From Candidatus Hydrogenedentota bacterium (lineage in GTDB: Bacteria; Hydrogenedentota; Hydrogenedentia; Hydrogenedentales; JAEUWI01), in NCBI GenBank assembly GCA_034669905.1, contig JAXMOL010000033.1, positions 8,690-72,689 on the forward strand: a DNA stretch of 64,000 bases, in the 5' to 3' direction. Below, one piece after another: positions 60,960 through 64,000 of this stretch (within the stretch, counting starts at the first letter, position 1; every line of letters begins with the position of its first letter). Position numbers and translations under genes: made by a program. The notes under the pieces were generated by a model. That model was not told the DNA's origin and did no database searches. It saw nothing but the letters and a program-made list of their open reading frames with translations.

Positions 60960-62783
60960 CTACCCCTCGAGCGGCAACTCCACATCGTCAAAATTATCCA
61001 TCATCCGCTCGCCGCGTAAGCGCTCGAGCGCCAGGTGCGCGTCGCCGATTGCTACGGTCTTTTGCTGTTTGCTGCAGTAGCGGCGCCAGGTGATGGTGCG
61101 GTTTTCTTTTTCTTTGCCGCCGATGATCCACAGGTTGGGAATCTTGTGGGTGATGGCGTTGCGGATCTTCTTGTTGAAGCTCTCGTTGCTGTAGTCGATT
61201 TCGGCGCGGAAGAGGTTGGTGCGGAGGTCTTCGGCAATCTCTTCGGCGTAGTCGGCCACGTCGTCGTTCACGGGGATGAGCTGGACCTGCAGGGGGGCCA
61301 TCCAGGTGGGGAAGGCACCGCCGTAGAGTTCAATCAAGAAGCTGATCATGCGCTCGTGGGTGCTCAGGGGCGCGCGGTGGATGATGAAAGGCACCTTGCG
61401 CTCGCCGTCGGAGTCCACGTATTCGAGGCCAAAGCGCTCGGCCACCACGAAGTCGAGCTGGCAGGTGGAGACCGTCTCTTCGCGGCCCATGAGGTTTTTC
61501 ACCTGGATGTCGATCTTGGGTCCGTAGAAGGCGGCTTCGCCCTTTTCTTCTTCGTATTCCACGCCCAGGTTATTGAGCACCTCGCGGACGATGGCCTCGG
61601 TCTTGAGCCATTCGTCGGTCTTGCCCACGAATTTTTCGGACTCGGGGTCGTGGAGCGACAGGCGGACGCGGAAGCTGCCCATGCGCAGGTGGTTGTAGTA
61701 GTAGTCATACATGGACATGACCGAGCGGAATTCCTGCTCGACCTGTTCGGGCGTGCAATAGATGTGGGCATCATTCATGCACATGGCGCGGACGCGCAAG
61801 AGTCCCGCGAGGGAGCCGTGCTTTTCATAGCGGTAGGTGTTGCCATATTCCGCGAGGCGGAGGGGCAGCTCGCGGTAGGAGCGGGGCCGTGCGCCGTAGA
61901 TCTTGTGGTGGTGGGGGCAGTTCATGGGCCGCAGGTAATATTCGTCATGGTCATCCACCTGCATGGGGGGATACATGTCCTCCGCATAATAGGGGAGGTG
62001 ACCCGACTTGAGATAGAGCTCCTTGCGCGTGATGGCCGGGGTGCTGACCCGTTTGAAGCCCGCCTTGAACTCTGTTTCCCGGGCCCAGTCTTCCAACTCA
62101 TCACGGACCACCGAGCCGTTGGGCATCCACATGGGCAGGCCCACGCCCACTTCCTGGTCCATGAAGAAGAGGTCGAGCTCTTCGCCCAGTTTGCGGTGGT
62201 CCCGCTCCATGGCGAGTTTGCGGCGCTCTTCAAAGGCTTTCAGCTCGCCTTTACTCTCAAAGGCGAGGCCATAGATGCGGGTGAGCATGGGGTTCTTTTC
62301 ATCCCCGCGCCAATAGCTTCCCGAGATGCGGTCGAGCTTGAAACAGGCCTTGGGCACTTCGCCCGTGTGCTCCAGGTGGGGGCCTTCGCACATGTCGATG
62401 AAGGGTCCGTTGACATAAAAGCCCAGACCTTCATCACCCGCACGGCCCGATTCTACCAGCTCATTGGCATATTCGATTTTGTAGCTCTGGTCCGTCTCAC
62501 TGAGCAGGGCCACGGCCTCGTCGAGGGTCTTATAGGACTGCTCAAAGGGCTGTTTCTGCTTGATGATGCGGCGCATGCCGTTTTCGATTTGTTCCAGATC
62601 GCGCTCGCCGATGGGGGTGTCGCCAAAGTCGAAATCGTAGTAAAAGCCAAATTCCACGGGGGGGCCAAAGGCCATCCGGGCGTCGGGACGGATTTCGAGC
62701 ACGGCCTGGGCCATGATATGGGCCAGGGAGTGACGAATCTTGTAGATACGGCTCTGTTTCGGGTCTTCGTGGTTACTGCACAT
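60960..62783 (-). CDS. thrS: Threonine--tRNA ligase (no N-terminal TGS domain)
   Basis: RHSLAH, DMCEGPH, RDHRKLG, RPMNCPHH, RSYRELPLR, GLLRVR, AFYGPKID, IHRAP. Confidence 0.97.
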   Translation of the reverse strand: MCSNHEDPKQSRIYKIRHSLAHIMAQAVLEIRPDARMAFGPPVEFGFYYDFDFGDTPIGERDLEQIENGMRRIIKQKQPFEQSYKTLDEAVALLSETDQSYKIEYANELVESGRAGDEGLGFYVNGPFIDMCEGPHLEHTGEVPKACFKLDRISGSYWRGDEKNPMLTRIYGLAFESKGELKAFEERRKLAMERDHRKLGEELDLFFMDQEVGVGLPMWMPNGSVVRDELEDWARETEFKAGFKRVSTPAITRKELYLKSGHLPYYAEDMYPPMQVDDHDEYYLRPMNCPHHHKIYGARPRSYRELPLRLAEYGNTYRYEKHGSLAGLLRVRAMCMNDAHIYCTPEQVEQEFRSVMSMYDYYYNHLRMGSFRVRLSLHDPESEKFVGKTDEWLKTEAIVREVLNNLGVEYEEEKGEAAFYGPKIDIQVKNLMGREETVSTCQLDFVVAERFGLEYVDSDGERKVPFIIHRAPLSTHERMISFLIELYGGAFPTWMAPLQVQLIPVNDDVADYAEEIAEDLRTNLFRAEIDYSNESFNKKIRNAITHKIPNLWIIGGKEKENRTITWRRYCSKQQKTVAIGDAHLALERLRGERMMDNFDDVELPLEG

Positions 62784-62999
62784 GGGTCAGCATCCTGTCG
62801 GGTAAATCGTGCACATTGCGGGGGGCGTCCGGCGAGGGGCCGGTCACGGGGCGCACCGCACGCGATAAAAAGGGCGTTTGGAAAGGCCGTAGAATAGCAA
62901 TAATGCCTGTATTATGTCCATCGACTATGCGCAGTTTGAATGGAGAATGGAGAATTTAGAATAGAGAATAGTGATCTTGGCGGAAAGCACATATCTCCA

Positions 63000-63806
63000 T
63001 CACCCCATCGCCTGCCGTCGCGTACTGCGTATCAGGTATGCCCCAAAGACCGTACCCATCAACGCCATCATGCAAGTGACCCGGAGGTCGATGTTGGGTA
63101 CCGTATCACTGGCGCTCCAAAGGGCACGATGGCCGCCGACCCGTCCAATAGCCACGCTGAAATCATAGGCCAGACTCAGAACGGAGGCAATCACGAGAAT
63201 ACCGCCCACATCTCGACTCGGATTAAGTATCAGGCCAAGCGCCTTTCCAACCCCGTAGAAGAACAGCAGAACACATAAGGTGGCCAAGAGTCTGTACGAG
63301 GCGGATGGCGTCAGAAGCGAGTGCGCCGCAGGTATCGATAGTAGTGGCACCAGAAGGACGGTAATCACCGTATAACAAAGTACCGTTCCAATTTGGTAGG
63401 TCAGGCGCGAGGACAGCCCCGTGTCCCGGAAAAATCGGCCGTTTCGCGGAAGGTAAAGCGCCACGCTTCCAAGTACAACAAGGATGCTATCGATCGGAAA
63501 GGTGTTCCAGTGGTCGAACCAGTCCAGCACGATACCTCGCAGTAGGTTAGACACCAGCACACCAACCACGCCGACCCGGGCCCAGGCCTTCCCCTTAAGC
63601 AATGCGACACAGCCGTATACCAGGAGAGTAGAAAGGATGACTTCGAGGCACCAGTTTACGTCGACGGCACCACGGGACGTTCCGTTGTCTGGCATTAGAA
63701 GTGCGTAGAGCTTTTGAGCCAGACGCACGGCCCCTTCTGTCATACCGGCCCAACCCACTATCGAAATCGAAAGGGGCCTGACACGGGGGGGGACCGTCAA
63801 TTTCAT
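63000..63806 (-). CDS. Hypothetical multi-pass membrane protein
   Basis: 268-aa hydrophobic ORF; RPLSISIVGW..GKAWAR..LYLPRNGRFF; GGGGA RBS; lower GC than its neighbours by eye. Confidence 0.6.
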   Translation of the reverse strand: MKLTVPPRVRPLSISIVGWAGMTEGAVRLAQKLYALLMPDNGTSRGAVDVNWCLEVILSTLLVYGCVALLKGKAWARVGVVGVLVSNLLRGIVLDWFDHWNTFPIDSILVVLGSVALYLPRNGRFFRDTGLSSRLTYQIGTVLCYTVITVLLVPLLSIPAAHSLLTPSASYRLLATLCVLLFFYGVGKALGLILNPSRDVGGILVIASVLSLAYDFSVAIGRVGGHRALWSASDTVPNIDLRVTCMMALMGTVFGAYLIRSTRRQAMG

Positions 63807-64000
63807 TCTGTGTTCCCCTGTTCTTCTGCCAAAGGTCCATCGCACCGCGAAGATTGCCAAGCGTTGATACGTCCTATCGACAGAATAGCAGCATTCGCGC
63901 CCGGGACTCCATCGGCCATACGCAGATTGAATTTAGAATCGTGAATTTAGCAATGCTGGATTCGAGTGGAAGCGGTCACCGCGGCATTAAGACGTGGCTT

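Noticed and set aside
61035-62897. 620-aa ORF antisense to thrS
   Set aside because: Shadow of a conserved gene. The same applies to 32044-33603 (ahcY), 18862-20682, 22037-23704 and 47464-49164.
62784-62935. T-box or tRNA-mimic operator in the thrS leader
   Set aside because: The leader is GC-rich and can fold, but no T-box consensus or convincing anticodon-like loop is visible.

Overview
A GC-rich bacterial chromosomal window with about 40 protein genes and no rRNA, tRNA, CRISPR array, integrase or intact transposase visible. The poly-(Gly-Glu) surface protein and PVC-style families (DUF1501, PSD1 cytochrome, ThuA, PQQ propellers) suggest a Candidatus Hydrogenedentes-like organism; this is an inference. 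The first half is mostly secreted carbohydrate/redox proteins, several with unusual fusions: pectate lyase-FGE, FG-GAP + clan CD protease, TIM barrel-LamG-PQQ-cytochrome c, and PQQ propeller-malectin. The second half holds ahcY, an ECF sigma-ankyrin fusion, one intact and one half-deleted toxin-antitoxin locus, a non-RD Ser/Thr kinase with ELWxxDGT repeats, a glycan-modification operon (epimerase, gmd, rmd, hldC-like, GT9, asnB, GT87) ending in a probably inactive SNase-PDZ protein, a PbfA-like class III PLP enzyme, a short-form leuA, a GH78 and thrS. The best unannotated signals are a complete leucine attenuator plus a strong-RBS hexapeptide uORF upstream of the regulatory-domain-less leuA, a perfect (TGAAGGG)12 repeat in a divergent promoter region, a 3' toxin remnant overlapping an orphan antitoxin, a candidate C-terminal sorting signal, and a dense mosaic of REP/MITE-like intergenic elements. 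Family calls come from motif recognition only; no database searches were run.
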